Assembly (NCBI GenBank): GCA_041650615.1
Contig: JBAZKU010000001.1
Span: forward strand, 524,854-588,853
Origin: Minisyncoccota bacterium
GTDB taxonomy: Bacteria > Patescibacteriota > Minisyncoccia > Phycocordibacterales > UBA9973
Direction of reading: 5' to 3'
DNA length: 64,000 nt
The position numbers were made by a program, and so were the translations under genes. Below are positions 9,810 to 19,261 of this stretch, piece by piece. Each line of letters opens with the position of its first letter. Within the stretch, counting starts at the first letter, position 1. The notes under the pieces are model-generated. The model worked only from the letters and a program-made list of their open reading frames with translations. It did not search any database and had not been told where the DNA came from.

Positions 9810-10430
9810 TTATAAATTATCTTTCAGGTTTCTTATTGAAACTTGAGTAGTCATTGTTAAAGGCGAAGGCGGTTTATTAATATCTTTATCCAGAACGACC
9901 GTTATCTTTACTAGACGAACAGCCGGTATGCTGACTGGAGAAGGGAGAGATGAAGTAGTTCCATCATAATTTTCGTCATAATAGTCAAAAATAACGGTGT
10001 TGGTAATGTAAGGAATAAAAGTTGTTATAACTTCATTGGAAGGGTTATAGGAAAGCGGGCTGCCTGTCGGTTTTATTATTCCTTTTTTTATGGAACCATT
10101 ATCAAGAAAATATCTTACTTTCTCTCTCAATCCGTCATTATCTATATCCGAATAAATTGAGAAAGTTGTAGTATTTGCTTGGTCAATAGTATAGGCTCCG
10201 GTGTCGGCAGGCCCTGCTGTGCGTATTTCCGCTGTGATTGTTTTAAAGGCTGTCCTCGTAGCATCAACATCTTCCAGTCCGTTTGAGATAAATGTATTGT
10301 AATTAAAAATATTTTTTACAAAGAGAGTTATTGCCATTAATATCATTATAAAAATAGACATAGCAAAAAGAATTTCAATAAGAGTAAACCCGCATATTAA
10401 CTTTTTTTTGTTTTCTTTATCCATATCCAT
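9810..10430 (-). CDS. Prepilin-type minor pilin (PilW-like)
   Basis: GFTLIEIL N-methylation motif; C-terminal TTQVSIRNL. Confidence 0.85.
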   Translation of the reverse strand: MDMDKENKKKLICGFTLIEILFAMSIFIMILMAITLFVKNIFNYNTFISNGLEDVDATRTAFKTITAEIRTAGPADTGAYTIDQANTTTFSIYSDIDNDGLREKVRYFLDNGSIKKGIIKPTGSPLSYNPSNEVITTFIPYITNTVIFDYYDENYDGTTSSLPSPVSIPAVRLVKITVVLDKDINKPPSPLTMTTQVSIRNLKDNL

Positions 10431-10434
10431 TTTA

Positions 10435-11804
10435 TTAAGGCACTAAGACTATATTTTTTTGCTGCCACCCAGGAGAAGAGGATGTAATATCAATAGAATT
10501 TATTGATGCTTGGTAGCCTGTTTTGGTGACAGTCAAAGTATAATTTCCTGTTTCAAGTCCATTCCAAAAAACTTGACCTGGAGTTTCACATAAATCAGTA
10601 GAAGTTATTTTAGTTTGGTCAAAATCGGATTTTTGCAAGTGAACAGATGCTCCATCTATTGCCGTACCCGAAGAATCTCTTACGGAAACCAAGAGCGCCC
10701 TATTTAAATGTTCTACGGCAATAAATTGGATTGATTTGTTTTCATTAGGATCAATGGAAAGCGGACTGATTGGTATTGTCCCGGCTATATCATAAGCGCT
10801 TTCTGATGGTGAAATTGAATATAAATCCCATTCAAGATCTGTTATGTTTTTAAGTCCAGTGTCATTTGTGGTAAAAGTTTGAGAATATTTTAAGACCGAA
10901 GGTGTACCTATTAATTTTGCTCCCGATAGAGTGAAAGGAATACTTGGCAAGGCGACACAAGAATTGTCTATACTTGAAACATCAAGCGAGCTTAAGAGGT
11001 CAATAGAAAAACTTACTTGAGTAACCTGTTGCATTACAACGGTTGCGTCTAATTTGACCGGATTCGGACCGGCCACTCCGTCGGACGGATATGTTTGATC
11101 TTGGGAATATCCCACCTTGGTTGCAGTAATATTATAAGCATTTGTGCCTGGAACAGCGTCAATTATTTTCAGCCATCCATCGTTATCCGTTACTTCATCT
11201 ATTATTGTGTCTGGGTCTGTTTGGGTATTTACAATGTGAACAGAAGCTCCCGGAACCGGAATTCCCGCAGAATTGAAGACTCTGATGAATAATGCCCCGT
11301 TGGTGGAAGTGCTTTCAAGGGCATGCGGAGCAATCAGGGTGGTAAAGTTTAATATTGAAGAATACTTGCAATTTGAGCAAGAAATATCAAGATCCGCCAT
11401 TTTATAATCAGCAGGAGACAATCATTTGGAATTCCGTCGATTGTTCCATCAAACGGGTCGTCAATGCTTCTAATTGAGGTCACAATAGTAAAAGAATAAT
11501 TATCTCGTAGAACATTTTCAGTTCTTGTGATTTTCCCCGCCGGCAATCCTCCTATAATACCCACATCTTGATAAGGCAAATTGCGGATAATTTCAAATTT
11601 TTCATTGGCTATGGCGGTAGCGGCAATTTTTGCCCGCGATACTGAAACACTATTCATTAACACGCCAAAAGATTGATAAGCGGCTAAGGCTACCAGAATA
11701 AAAACTGCGGTACCAACCAATATTTCAATCAAAGTAAACCCGCGCACTAGAGACTTTATTTTTAGTGTGTGGGTAAACCCTTTTTGATGAAAATTAAAAT
11801 TCAT
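10435..11804 (-). pseudogene. Prepilin-type minor pilin with carboxypeptidase-regulatory-like domains, split by a 1-nt frameshift near 11421
   Basis: ORF 11349..11804 carries GFTLIEIL and ...DPFDGTIDGIPND; ORF 10435..11421 continues SPADYK in another frame; adding one T (gat-ttg-tct) joins them. Confidence 0.7.
11734..11780 (-). repeat. In-frame palindromic insert (family C) duplicating the prepilin GFT cleavage motif
   Basis: Direct repeats gtaaaccc at 11734-41 and 11773-80, 39 bp apart, around arms acccgcgcacta / tagtgtgtgggt; protein reads GFT-HTLKIKSLVR-GFT. Confidence 0.75.
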
Positions 11805-11846
11805 AACCAGTTATATTTTAGCAAATTATGATATACTTTACTATAT

Positions 11847-12611
11847 ATGACCAAAAGAAAAATAGTCATAGGCAATTGGAAAATGAATCCGCTTTCTTTT
11901 AAGGAGGCGGAAAAATTGTTTACCGACATTGCCAAATCTGTTTCTAGTATTAAAAAAACGGAAATTGTGGTTTGCCCTCCGGTTTTGTATTTGGAAAAGT
12001 TGAAAAAATTTTCCAGGAAAATATCTTTAGGCGCACAGAATGCTTTTTGGGGAGATACGGGCGCCCATACCGGAGAAATTTCAGCTGAAATGCTTTACAA
12101 TATTGGCGTTAGATATGTTATTTTAGGTCATTCGGAAAGACGGGTGGCAGGAGAAAGCAATAGTGACGTAAACAAAAAAGTAAAGGCATCAATTGGGGCA
12201 GGGCTTTACCCCATACTCTGTGTGGGAGAAAATATACGAGATGAAAATCACGAATATTTGAATTTTGTAAAAAATCAAACGGAGGAATGTTTAAAAGGAA
12301 TTTCCAAAAATTCTATTTCAAAAGTGATTATTGCTTATGAACCGGTTTGGGCCATAGGCAAAGGGGCCTTCCCCGCAACACCGGAAGAATTTCGTGAGAT
12401 GAATATTTTTATTAAGAAAATTTTGAGCGATAAATTCGGAGTAAAAGAAGCTTCAAAAATTAAAATAATTTATGGCGGGTCTGTAGACGAAAAAAATGCC
12501 GAGGGTTTTATTAAAGAAGGCCAAGCCGACGGTTTTCTCCCAGGGAGGGCTTCTTTAAATTCAAAAAAGTTTTCACAAATTATAAAAATATGCGAAGCAT
12601 CAAGCAAATAA
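11847..12611 (+). CDS. tpiA: Triosephosphate isomerase
   Basis: GNWKMN, ILGHSERR, IAYEPVWAIG, YGGSV. Confidence 0.97.
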   Translation: MTKRKIVIGNWKMNPLSFKEAEKLFTDIAKSVSSIKKTEIVVCPPVLYLEKLKKFSRKISLGAQNAFWGDTGAHTGEISAEMLYNIGVRYVILGHSERRVAGESNSDVNKKVKASIGAGLYPILCVGENIRDENHEYLNFVKNQTEECLKGISKNSISKVIIAYEPVWAIGKGAFPATPEEFREMNIFIKKILSDKFGVKEASKIKIIYGGSVDEKNAEGFIKEGQADGFLPGRASLNSKKFSQIIKICEASSK

Positions 12612-13672
12612 AAAATTTAAGAGGGAAAACCGTGCTGGTCAGGGTGGATTTCAATGTTCCTATAAAAAACGGCAAAGTGGAAGATGATTTTAGAATTAAA
12701 AAAGCAATACCCTCAATAAAGTTTTTAATTAAAAAGGGGGCAAAAGTGATTTTAATCACACATTTAGGCAAAGATGGTAGGGAAAACCTTGAGCCGATAA
12801 TTAAGTGCTTCTTTAAAATTTCAAAGTGCACGAAATCACAAGTCAGTTTTTTTGATAACATAAGAAAATTTAACGGCGAAACGGAAAACAGCCTATCTTT
12901 TACAAAAAAACTTTCAACCCTGGGCGATATTTATGTGAATGAGGCTTTTTCGGTTTCTCACCGCATGCACGCTTCAGTGGTTGGCCTGCCAAAATTTTTA
13001 CCTAGCTATGCCGGTTTTCAATTTGAAGAAGAAGTAAAAAATTTATCCCACACTTTAAAAAAAGTAAAGCATCCATTCCTTTTTATTCTAGGCGGGGCCA
13101 AATTTTCCACGAAAATGCCTGTGATTCAAAAATATTTAAAATTGGCGGATTATGTTTTTATAGGGGGAGCCTTGGCGAATGATCTTTTAAAGGCAAAAGG
13201 GTATGAAATAGGAAAATCTCTGGTAGATGATACGGATTTTAATTTTAGAAAGATTCTTCAAAACAAAAAATTAATTTTACCGGAGGATGTTTTAGTTAGA
13301 AATGACACATTTCCCGCACGTGCTGGATTTGTGTCATTAAAAAAAGTGAATGAAGTAAAAAAAGATGAAGTTATTTTGGATATTGGGAATGAAACAGTAA
13401 AAAACTTGGCTCAATTAATTAAAAAATCAAAACTTGTCCTTTGGAATGGACCATTAGGTAAATATGAATCTGGCGGGGAGGAAGCCACTAAAAAAATACT
13501 GAAATTAGTAGCAAGGGCAAAAACGGAGAGTATTATTGGTGGAGGAGATATTGTATCTATTGTGTCTAAGTTGAAAATGGAAAAGAAATTTACCTTTGTT
13601 TCTACAGGCGGCGGAGCCACTTTAGATTTCCTTATCAATGGGACCTTGCCGGGCATTAAAGCGCTGAAATAA
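12590..13672 (+). CDS. pgk: Phosphoglycerate kinase
   Basis: VLVRVDFNVP, THLG, ILGGAK, LWNGPLG, VSTGGGATL. Confidence 0.95.
   Translation: MRSIKQIKNLRGKTVLVRVDFNVPIKNGKVEDDFRIKKAIPSIKFLIKKGAKVILITHLGKDGRENLEPIIKCFFKISKCTKSQVSFFDNIRKFNGETENSLSFTKKLSTLGDIYVNEAFSVSHRMHASVVGLPKFLPSYAGFQFEEEVKNLSHTLKKVKHPFLFILGGAKFSTKMPVIQKYLKLADYVFIGGALANDLLKAKGYEIGKSLVDDTDFNFRKILQNKKLILPEDVLVRNDTFPARAGFVSLKKVNEVKKDEVILDIGNETVKNLAQLIKKSKLVLWNGPLGKYESGGEEATKKILKLVARAKTESIIGGGDIVSIVSKLKMEKKFTFVSTGGGATLDFLINGTLPGIKALK
13301..13338. repeat. 38-bp in-frame palindromic insert (family A) in pgk
   Basis: aatgacacatttcccgcac|gtgctggatttgtgtcatt, 16/19 arm matches; encodes NDTFPARAGFVSL. Confidence 0.75.
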
Positions 13673-14048
13673 TTTTCTCTTTTATTTCTTTTGCTTGTCC
13701 TTCTTTATATTCTTTGGTTGGGAAATTGCGGAAATTATCACCAAGATGTCTAGGGATTAAATGAATATGGAAATGTGGTATTTCTTTACCCACTACGGAT
13801 TCCTGCACATAATCGCATTTAAGCGAATTTTTAAGCACGAGCATCATTTTTTTTGTTAGTTTGAATATTTCGGAAATCAATTCATCGTCTGCTTCTTGCA
13901 TCCAAATAATATGTTTTCTGGGGATTATTATCAGATGTCCATCTGAAACCGGTTTAATATCAAGAAATGCCAAAAAATCCTTATTTTCATAAACTTTATC
14001 ACACGGAATTTCTCCTTTTGAAATTTTACAAAAAATGCAATTTTCCAT
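13656..14048 (-). CDS. HIT family hydrolase
   Basis: CIFCKI N-terminus and HFHIH triad. Confidence 0.92.
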   Translation of the reverse strand: MENCIFCKISKGEIPCDKVYENKDFLAFLDIKPVSDGHLIIIPRKHIIWMQEADDELISEIFKLTKKMMLVLKNSLKCDYVQESVVGKEIPHFHIHLIPRHLGDNFRNFPTKEYKEGQAKEIKEKIISAL

Positions 14049-14084
14049 TCTGATATTATATCAAACTATGCTAAAATTTGCTCT
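14049..14084. promoter_or_regulatory. Back-to-back extended -10 promoters for HIT (minus strand) and recJ (plus strand)
   Basis: Minus-strand TGATATAAT 6 nt before the HIT ATG; plus-strand TGCTAAAAT (14069-77) 7 nt before the recJ ATG. Confidence 0.55.
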
Positions 14085-15788
14085 ATGCAACGATATTCTG
14101 AACTATTAAGGACAATTCTGGAAAAAAGAGGCATAAAAACCGGCGCTGAAGCCGAGATTTTTTTGAATCCGGATTATGAACGAGACTTACATGATCCATT
14201 TGAAATGAAGGATATGGAAAAAGCTTGCGTAAAGCTTTTTGAGACGATAGAAAACAAAGAAAAAACGGTTATTTATGCCGATTATGACTGTGATGGCATT
14301 CCCGGAGCAGTCATTTTAAAAGATTTATTTAAAAAAATAGGTTATACAAATTATGAAGTTTATATTCCAGGAAGAAATGATGAAGGTTATGGATTGAATC
14401 TTTCTGCTATCAAACAATTTACTGAAAAAAGGGTAAAACTTTTAATAACTGTTGATCTTGGCATTACAGCCGTTTCTGAAGTGGCGCAAGCGGAAATTGA
14501 TGGAATTGAGGTAATTATTACGGATCACCATTTACCAAAACAGAAAGTTCAGGATATAAAAAATAATTTTTTACATCCTGGACTTTCTTTACCTCACGCT
14601 TATGCCATTTTAAATCCGAAAGTGGATGCTTATCCTGAAAAAATGTTATGTGGATCTGGAGTAGTATTCAAATTAGTGCAAGGATTTATAAAAAAATACG
14701 GCGAATTTTACAAAATAAATATTGGTTGGGAAAAATGGTTGCTTGATATGGCTGGTTTAGCTACGCTTTCCGACCTAGTGCCTCTTTTAGGGGAGAACAG
14801 AGCTATCGCGTATTTTGGGATGAAGGTTTTAAGAAAATCTTCCCGTCCTGGTTTACAAAAACTTCTCGCTAAAATGAACATTGATCAAAAATATTTAACC
14901 GAAGACGATATCGGTTTTATGGTAGTGCCTAGACTAAATGCTGCCTCACGAATGGATAATCCCATGAAAGCGTATGAACTTCTTTCCACTGAAGATGAAA
15001 CAAAAGCGGGAGTTATTGCGAATCATTTGTCAAAAATAAATGACGACAGAAAGATAATAGTTGCTAATATTATGAAAGATGTAAATAAAAAATTTGGCAA
15101 AAGTCCTTTGCGGGAAATAAAAGAAGTCATCGTAATAGGCAATCCATTGTGGAGAGTAGGAGTATTGGGACTTGTAGCCGCTAAAATATCAGATGAATAT
15201 AAAAAACCGGTTTTTGTTTGGGGTAAAGATGAAAATGATCTTATAAAAGGTTCCTGCCGTTCCGATGGATCGGTATCTCTTGTTGAGCTTATGACTGAAA
15301 CCCGCGAATTTTTTATGGAATTCGGTGGACACGAATTTGCCGGTGGATTTACCGTGCATAGCGAGAAAATTCATTTCTTGGAAGAAGCTCTTTCTGTTTC
15401 TTACTACAAAGTAAAGCGCGATAAAATAGAATCGGAAATAATTTATGATATTAAATCCGATTTGGGTGCGGTAAATATGAAAAATTGGCGCGAGATAGAA
15501 AAACTTGCTCCTTTTGGACTGGCTAATCCAAAACCGATTTTTCTTTTTGAGGATGTGAAAGTGGAGAATATTAAAAAATTTGGCAAAAATGGTTCAGGAG
15601 AACATTTAGAGATTACCTTTTCCGATAAAAGTGAAAATAAAATCAAAGCAATTTCTTTTTTCTCCAATAATGAATCTTTTAAAACCTCTTTGTCTGAAGG
15701 CATAAAAGTAAATCTTCTGGCCACCTTTGATTTATCCAGGTTCAGAGGCAGGGAAGAGCTAAGACTGCGAATAATTGATATACTATAA
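14085..15788 (+). CDS. recJ: Single-stranded DNA exonuclease RecJ
   Basis: YADYDCDG, ITVDLG, ITDHH, PRLNAASR, GSCRS, FGGH, PFGLANPKP. Confidence 0.95.
   Translation: MQRYSELLRTILEKRGIKTGAEAEIFLNPDYERDLHDPFEMKDMEKACVKLFETIENKEKTVIYADYDCDGIPGAVILKDLFKKIGYTNYEVYIPGRNDEGYGLNLSAIKQFTEKRVKLLITVDLGITAVSEVAQAEIDGIEVIITDHHLPKQKVQDIKNNFLHPGLSLPHAYAILNPKVDAYPEKMLCGSGVVFKLVQGFIKKYGEFYKINIGWEKWLLDMAGLATLSDLVPLLGENRAIAYFGMKVLRKSSRPGLQKLLAKMNIDQKYLTEDDIGFMVVPRLNAASRMDNPMKAYELLSTEDETKAGVIANHLSKINDDRKIIVANIMKDVNKKFGKSPLREIKEVIVIGNPLWRVGVLGLVAAKISDEYKKPVFVWGKDENDLIKGSCRSDGSVSLVELMTETREFFMEFGGHEFAGGFTVHSEKIHFLEEALSVSYYKVKRDKIESEIIYDIKSDLGAVNMKNWREIEKLAPFGLANPKPIFLFEDVKVENIKKFGKNGSGEHLEITFSDKSENKIKAISFFSNNESFKTSLSEGIKVNLLATFDLSRFRGREELRLRIIDIL
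14542..14588. repeat. 47-bp palindrome in frame inside recJ, just after the DHH motif
   Basis: agaaagttcaggatataaaaaa-taa-ttttttacatcctggactttct, 20/22 matches plus 2 G-T pairs. Confidence 0.75.
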
Positions 15789-15790
15789 AA

Positions 15791-16273
15791 ATGAAAAAAG
15801 ATAAAATTACAATTTATACAGATGGGGCGGCCAGAGGGAACCCTGGACCGGCTGGTTGGAGTGCTATTTTAATTGACGAGAAAAAAATTTTTGAAATTGG
15901 CGGAGCCTCTAAACATGCAACAAATAATCAAATGGAACTTACAGCTCCTATTGAAGCGTTAAAATATTTACAAAAGACTTGCGTTAGGCAAGACCTAGCG
16001 CAAACGGTGGAGATTTTTTCCGATTCAAAATATGTAATTTTAGGAATTACCGAATGGATTTTTAATTGGCAGAAAAATAACTGGAGAAATGCCGCCAAAA
16101 AACCGGTTTTAAATAAAGAGCTTTGGCAAGAGCTTTATAACCTTTCGGAACAGTTTAAAATCAAATGGACTTATGTCGAAGGGCACAGCGGATATAAATA
16201 TAACGAACGCGCGGACGAAATTGCCACCAATTTCGCGGACGGGAATAAAATAAAACTTAAAAAAGAAAAATAA
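15791..16273 (+). CDS. rnhA: Ribonuclease HI
   Basis: IYTDGAARGNPGP, TNNQMEL, SDSKYV, GHSG..YNERADEIA. Confidence 0.95.
   Translation: MKKDKITIYTDGAARGNPGPAGWSAILIDEKKIFEIGGASKHATNNQMELTAPIEALKYLQKTCVRQDLAQTVEIFSDSKYVILGITEWIFNWQKNNWRNAAKKPVLNKELWQELYNLSEQFKIKWTYVEGHSGYKYNERADEIATNFADGNKIKLKKEK
15979..16003. repeat. REP-like palindrome in frame inside rnhA
   Basis: ttgcgttagg-caaga-cctagcgcaa; encodes CVRQDLAQ. Confidence 0.65.
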
Positions 16274-16296
16274 TTTTTTATAATCTTAATTTTTAA

Positions 16297-17769
16297 ATGC
16301 AAGATAAAATTTTTTATGCATCCTGTTTTGGTTTTGTGTTCGGAGTGCTTTTGCGCTCTTTTCTTTTTTTAAATTTACATTTTATTATTTTCTTGGCGAT
16401 AGTTTCTTTGGCATTATTCCTATTTTTCACTTTTATCACAAGAAATAAATGGGGGATTTTAATTTCCATTTTTGTTATAGCGTCTTCTTTCGGAATTTTT
16501 AGATTTCATATAGTTGACGTTCCCGCATCTTATGTTTTTGAATCAAAGGTTGGCCAGAAAATTTCTTTTTCCGGAATCATTATTGATGAGCCGGACATCA
16601 GGGAAAATAATCAAAAATTGACCATAAAAAAAGAAAAAACAAAAATTCTGGTAACCATGAATCCGGATGAAAATTTCAGTTACGGGGATGAAATAAAGCT
16701 TGAAGGAATTTTGGAAAAACCGGAAAATTTTATGACAGACCAAGGCATAGAATTTGATTATGTAAATTATTTACGTAAGGATGGAATATTTTACGTAATG
16801 AGATATCCTGAAATTGAAGTTATTTCGCGCGGAAACGGAAATACGATAAAAAGCGCGCTGTTTTATGCAAAAGAAAAATTTTTAGACAAAATGAATTTAG
16901 CCATCAGAGAGCCGGAATCATTATTGATGAGCGGTCTAATTTTGGGAGAGAAATCCTCTTTTAACGAGTCTTTAAAGCAAAGTTTTGTGGATACGGGCAC
17001 AATCCATATTGTTGCTCTTTCCGGATACAACGTGACAATCGTTGCCGAATGGATAATGAAAATTTTTTCCTCTTTTCCGAAAAATATAGGAATCGGAGCC
17101 GGAATAATATCTATTTTGCTCTTTGTTTTAATGACCGGCGGGTCTTCTACGGCAGTGCGGGCGGGGATAATGGCCACTCTTGCCTTGTTCGCTCGCCTTA
17201 TTGGGAGAAATTATGATGTAACGCGGGCACTAATTTTGGCTGGGGTATTTATGATTTTAATAAACCCTTTTGTTCTTGCTTTTGATGTTTCTTTTCAACT
17301 GTCTTTTATGGCGACGGTAGCCGTTATATTTTTTACACCCAAAATTGAAAAATATTTTTTGTGGATTACTCCTCGTTTCCAGTTGCGAGACATTGTTTCG
17401 GTCACTTGCGCCTGTTATATTTTTGTTTTGCCCTTTATTCTTTACAAGATGGGGAATCTTTCATTGGTGGCGTTGCCTGCTAATATTTTAATTTTGCCTT
17501 TTATTCCAATCACTATGGTATTTGGTTTTTTGACCGGTTTTGCCGGACTTATTTGGTATGTTTTTTCGGTTCCTTTGGGTTTTATTTCATATCTGATGCT
17601 TCATTACGAACTGGCTGTCATAAATTTTTTCTCCAATATTCCATTTGCCGCTTTGTCCGTACCTAATTTTCCTTTTATTCTCACACTCCTAATTTATGCC
17701 TATTTTATTTACAGACTTTTTGGCAAAAGCATTAGAAATTTTTTTCAACGTTCTCCCAATTTAGATTAG
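16297..17769 (+). CDS. comEC: ComEC/Rec2 DNA-uptake channel (DUF4131 + Competence domains)
   Basis: GTIHIVALSGYNV, SSTAVRAGIM, DVSFQLSF; multiple TM helices. Confidence 0.92.
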   Translation: MQDKIFYASCFGFVFGVLLRSFLFLNLHFIIFLAIVSLALFLFFTFITRNKWGILISIFVIASSFGIFRFHIVDVPASYVFESKVGQKISFSGIIIDEPDIRENNQKLTIKKEKTKILVTMNPDENFSYGDEIKLEGILEKPENFMTDQGIEFDYVNYLRKDGIFYVMRYPEIEVISRGNGNTIKSALFYAKEKFLDKMNLAIREPESLLMSGLILGEKSSFNESLKQSFVDTGTIHIVALSGYNVTIVAEWIMKIFSSFPKNIGIGAGIISILLFVLMTGGSSTAVRAGIMATLALFARLIGRNYDVTRALILAGVFMILINPFVLAFDVSFQLSFMATVAVIFFTPKIEKYFLWITPRFQLRDIVSVTCACYIFVLPFILYKMGNLSLVALPANILILPFIPITMVFGFLTGFAGLIWYVFSVPLGFISYLMLHYELAVINFFSNIPFAALSVPNFPFILTLLIYAYFIYRLFGKSIRNFFQRSPNLD

Positions 17770-18313
17770 TGAAAAAATCTTCTATATATTGTTTTTTACC
17801 ACTTGGTTGGTAGTCAGTGATGTAAGCATGTTCCCACATATCTAAAGCTAAAATAGGTGTGCAATCTTGAAGTTGTCCCAAATGTTGTTCGTCAATCCAT
17901 GCATTTAGTAGTTTCTTTTCTTTCCTATCAAAATAAAGTATTACCCAACCAATTCCTCTGATTGTTGCTATGGCTTTAAATAACTGAAGCCATTTTTCGT
18001 ATGATCCCCATTCTGAAATAATAGCTTCTTTTAATTTACTATCTTCCGTCAGAATCTTTGCGCTGCCTGATAATGAATTGAAATAAACTTCATGATTTCG
18101 CATGCCATTGTACTCAAAACCAAATCTCCTTTGTAGCCCGCTTAAGACAGCCATATTTGTCTCAGCATTTTCCGATAATTCGTTGATTTTTTCAAGAACG
18201 AGGTTTGTATGACTTACATATCCAGCATAGAGCTTTAAATGTTCTTCTACATTTTTCTTAGAGATATCTTTTAATTCACCTATGTTAAATTTTATCTCTT
18301 CAAATTTTTTCAT
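17732..18313 (-). CDS. Fe/Mn superoxide dismutase family protein
   Basis: EHLKLYAGYV, NHEVYF, DMWEHAY. Confidence 0.9.
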   Translation of the reverse strand: MKKFEEIKFNIGELKDISKKNVEEHLKLYAGYVSHTNLVLEKINELSENAETNMAVLSGLQRRFGFEYNGMRNHEVYFNSLSGSAKILTEDSKLKEAIISEWGSYEKWLQLFKAIATIRGIGWVILYFDRKEKKLLNAWIDEQHLGQLQDCTPILALDMWEHAYITDYQPSGKKQYIEDFFTNLNWENVEKNF

Positions 18314-18373
18314 AATTTTATTTATTCTAAATTAGATTTATAATAGAGAGATTAATCGTGCTACTATTATAAC

Positions 18374-19243
18374 ATGTTTGAAAACTATAAAAAATATTGG
18401 CTGCCTTTCTTTATATTTTTGCTTTTAGTGGCAAATATTTTTATTTTTTATCTTGATTGGCAGAATTCTCACAGAGGTCTCACTTTTGCCATGCTGGATG
18501 TCGGGCAAGGAGATGCTCTTTTTATTGAATCACCTACGGGAACGCAAATACTGATTGATGGAGGACCGCCGAAAAAAATCCTAAGCCAGCTTTCCAGAAT
18601 AATGTCTCCTTTTGATAGAAATATTGACGCTTTTGTTATTACCAATCCCGATGCGGACCACATTGCCGGATTTTTAGATGTTTTGAAGATTTATAAAGTA
18701 GATAAAATTTTTGAATCAGGCACATTAACTGATTCAAAAACATACCAAAACTTAAAAGATAAAATAAAAGAAGATAATATCCCGAACATTCTGGCAAAAA
18801 GGGGAATGAGATTGGATATCGGCGGTGGAGCAGTGATTGATATTTTATTTCCTGACCGTGACGTGTCATCTTGGGCGACAAATGATGGATCGGTTGTAGC
18901 GAAGCTCACTTACGGCGATATTTCCATAATGCTCACAGGAGACGCGACAAGCAAAACAGAGCAAATAATTTTAAAAGGAAATTCAATAACACAACTTAAT
19001 AGTGATATTTTAAAAGTAGGGCATCATGGTTCGCGCACTTCTTCCTCTTTGGAGTTTGTGAAAGCTGTTTCTCCAGCCTATGCGCTTATTTCGGATGGTA
19101 AAGATAATAAATACGGACATCCGCACCAAGACACATTAAATACTCTCGCTTCGTTTGGCGCAAAAATTTTCAGAACTGATCTTTCGGGTACCATTGTTAT
19201 GAAATCTGACGGTATCGTTCCGTCGTTTTATTTCCAAAAGTAA
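18374..19243 (+). CDS. ComEC-associated metallo-beta-lactamase-fold protein
   Basis: LDVGQGDA, LIDGG, ITNPDADHIAG, LTGDA, LKVGHHGS, NKYGHPH. Confidence 0.9.
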   Translation: MFENYKKYWLPFFIFLLLVANIFIFYLDWQNSHRGLTFAMLDVGQGDALFIESPTGTQILIDGGPPKKILSQLSRIMSPFDRNIDAFVITNPDADHIAGFLDVLKIYKVDKIFESGTLTDSKTYQNLKDKIKEDNIPNILAKRGMRLDIGGGAVIDILFPDRDVSSWATNDGSVVAKLTYGDISIMLTGDATSKTEQIILKGNSITQLNSDILKVGHHGSRTSSSLEFVKAVSPAYALISDGKDNKYGHPHQDTLNTLASFGAKIFRTDLSGTIVMKSDGIVPSFYFQK

Positions 19244-19261
19244 TAGTGATACAATTAAACT

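Noticed and set aside
15095-15110. Small gcaaaag/ctttgc hairpin in recJ
   Set aside because: Too short to distinguish from chance.
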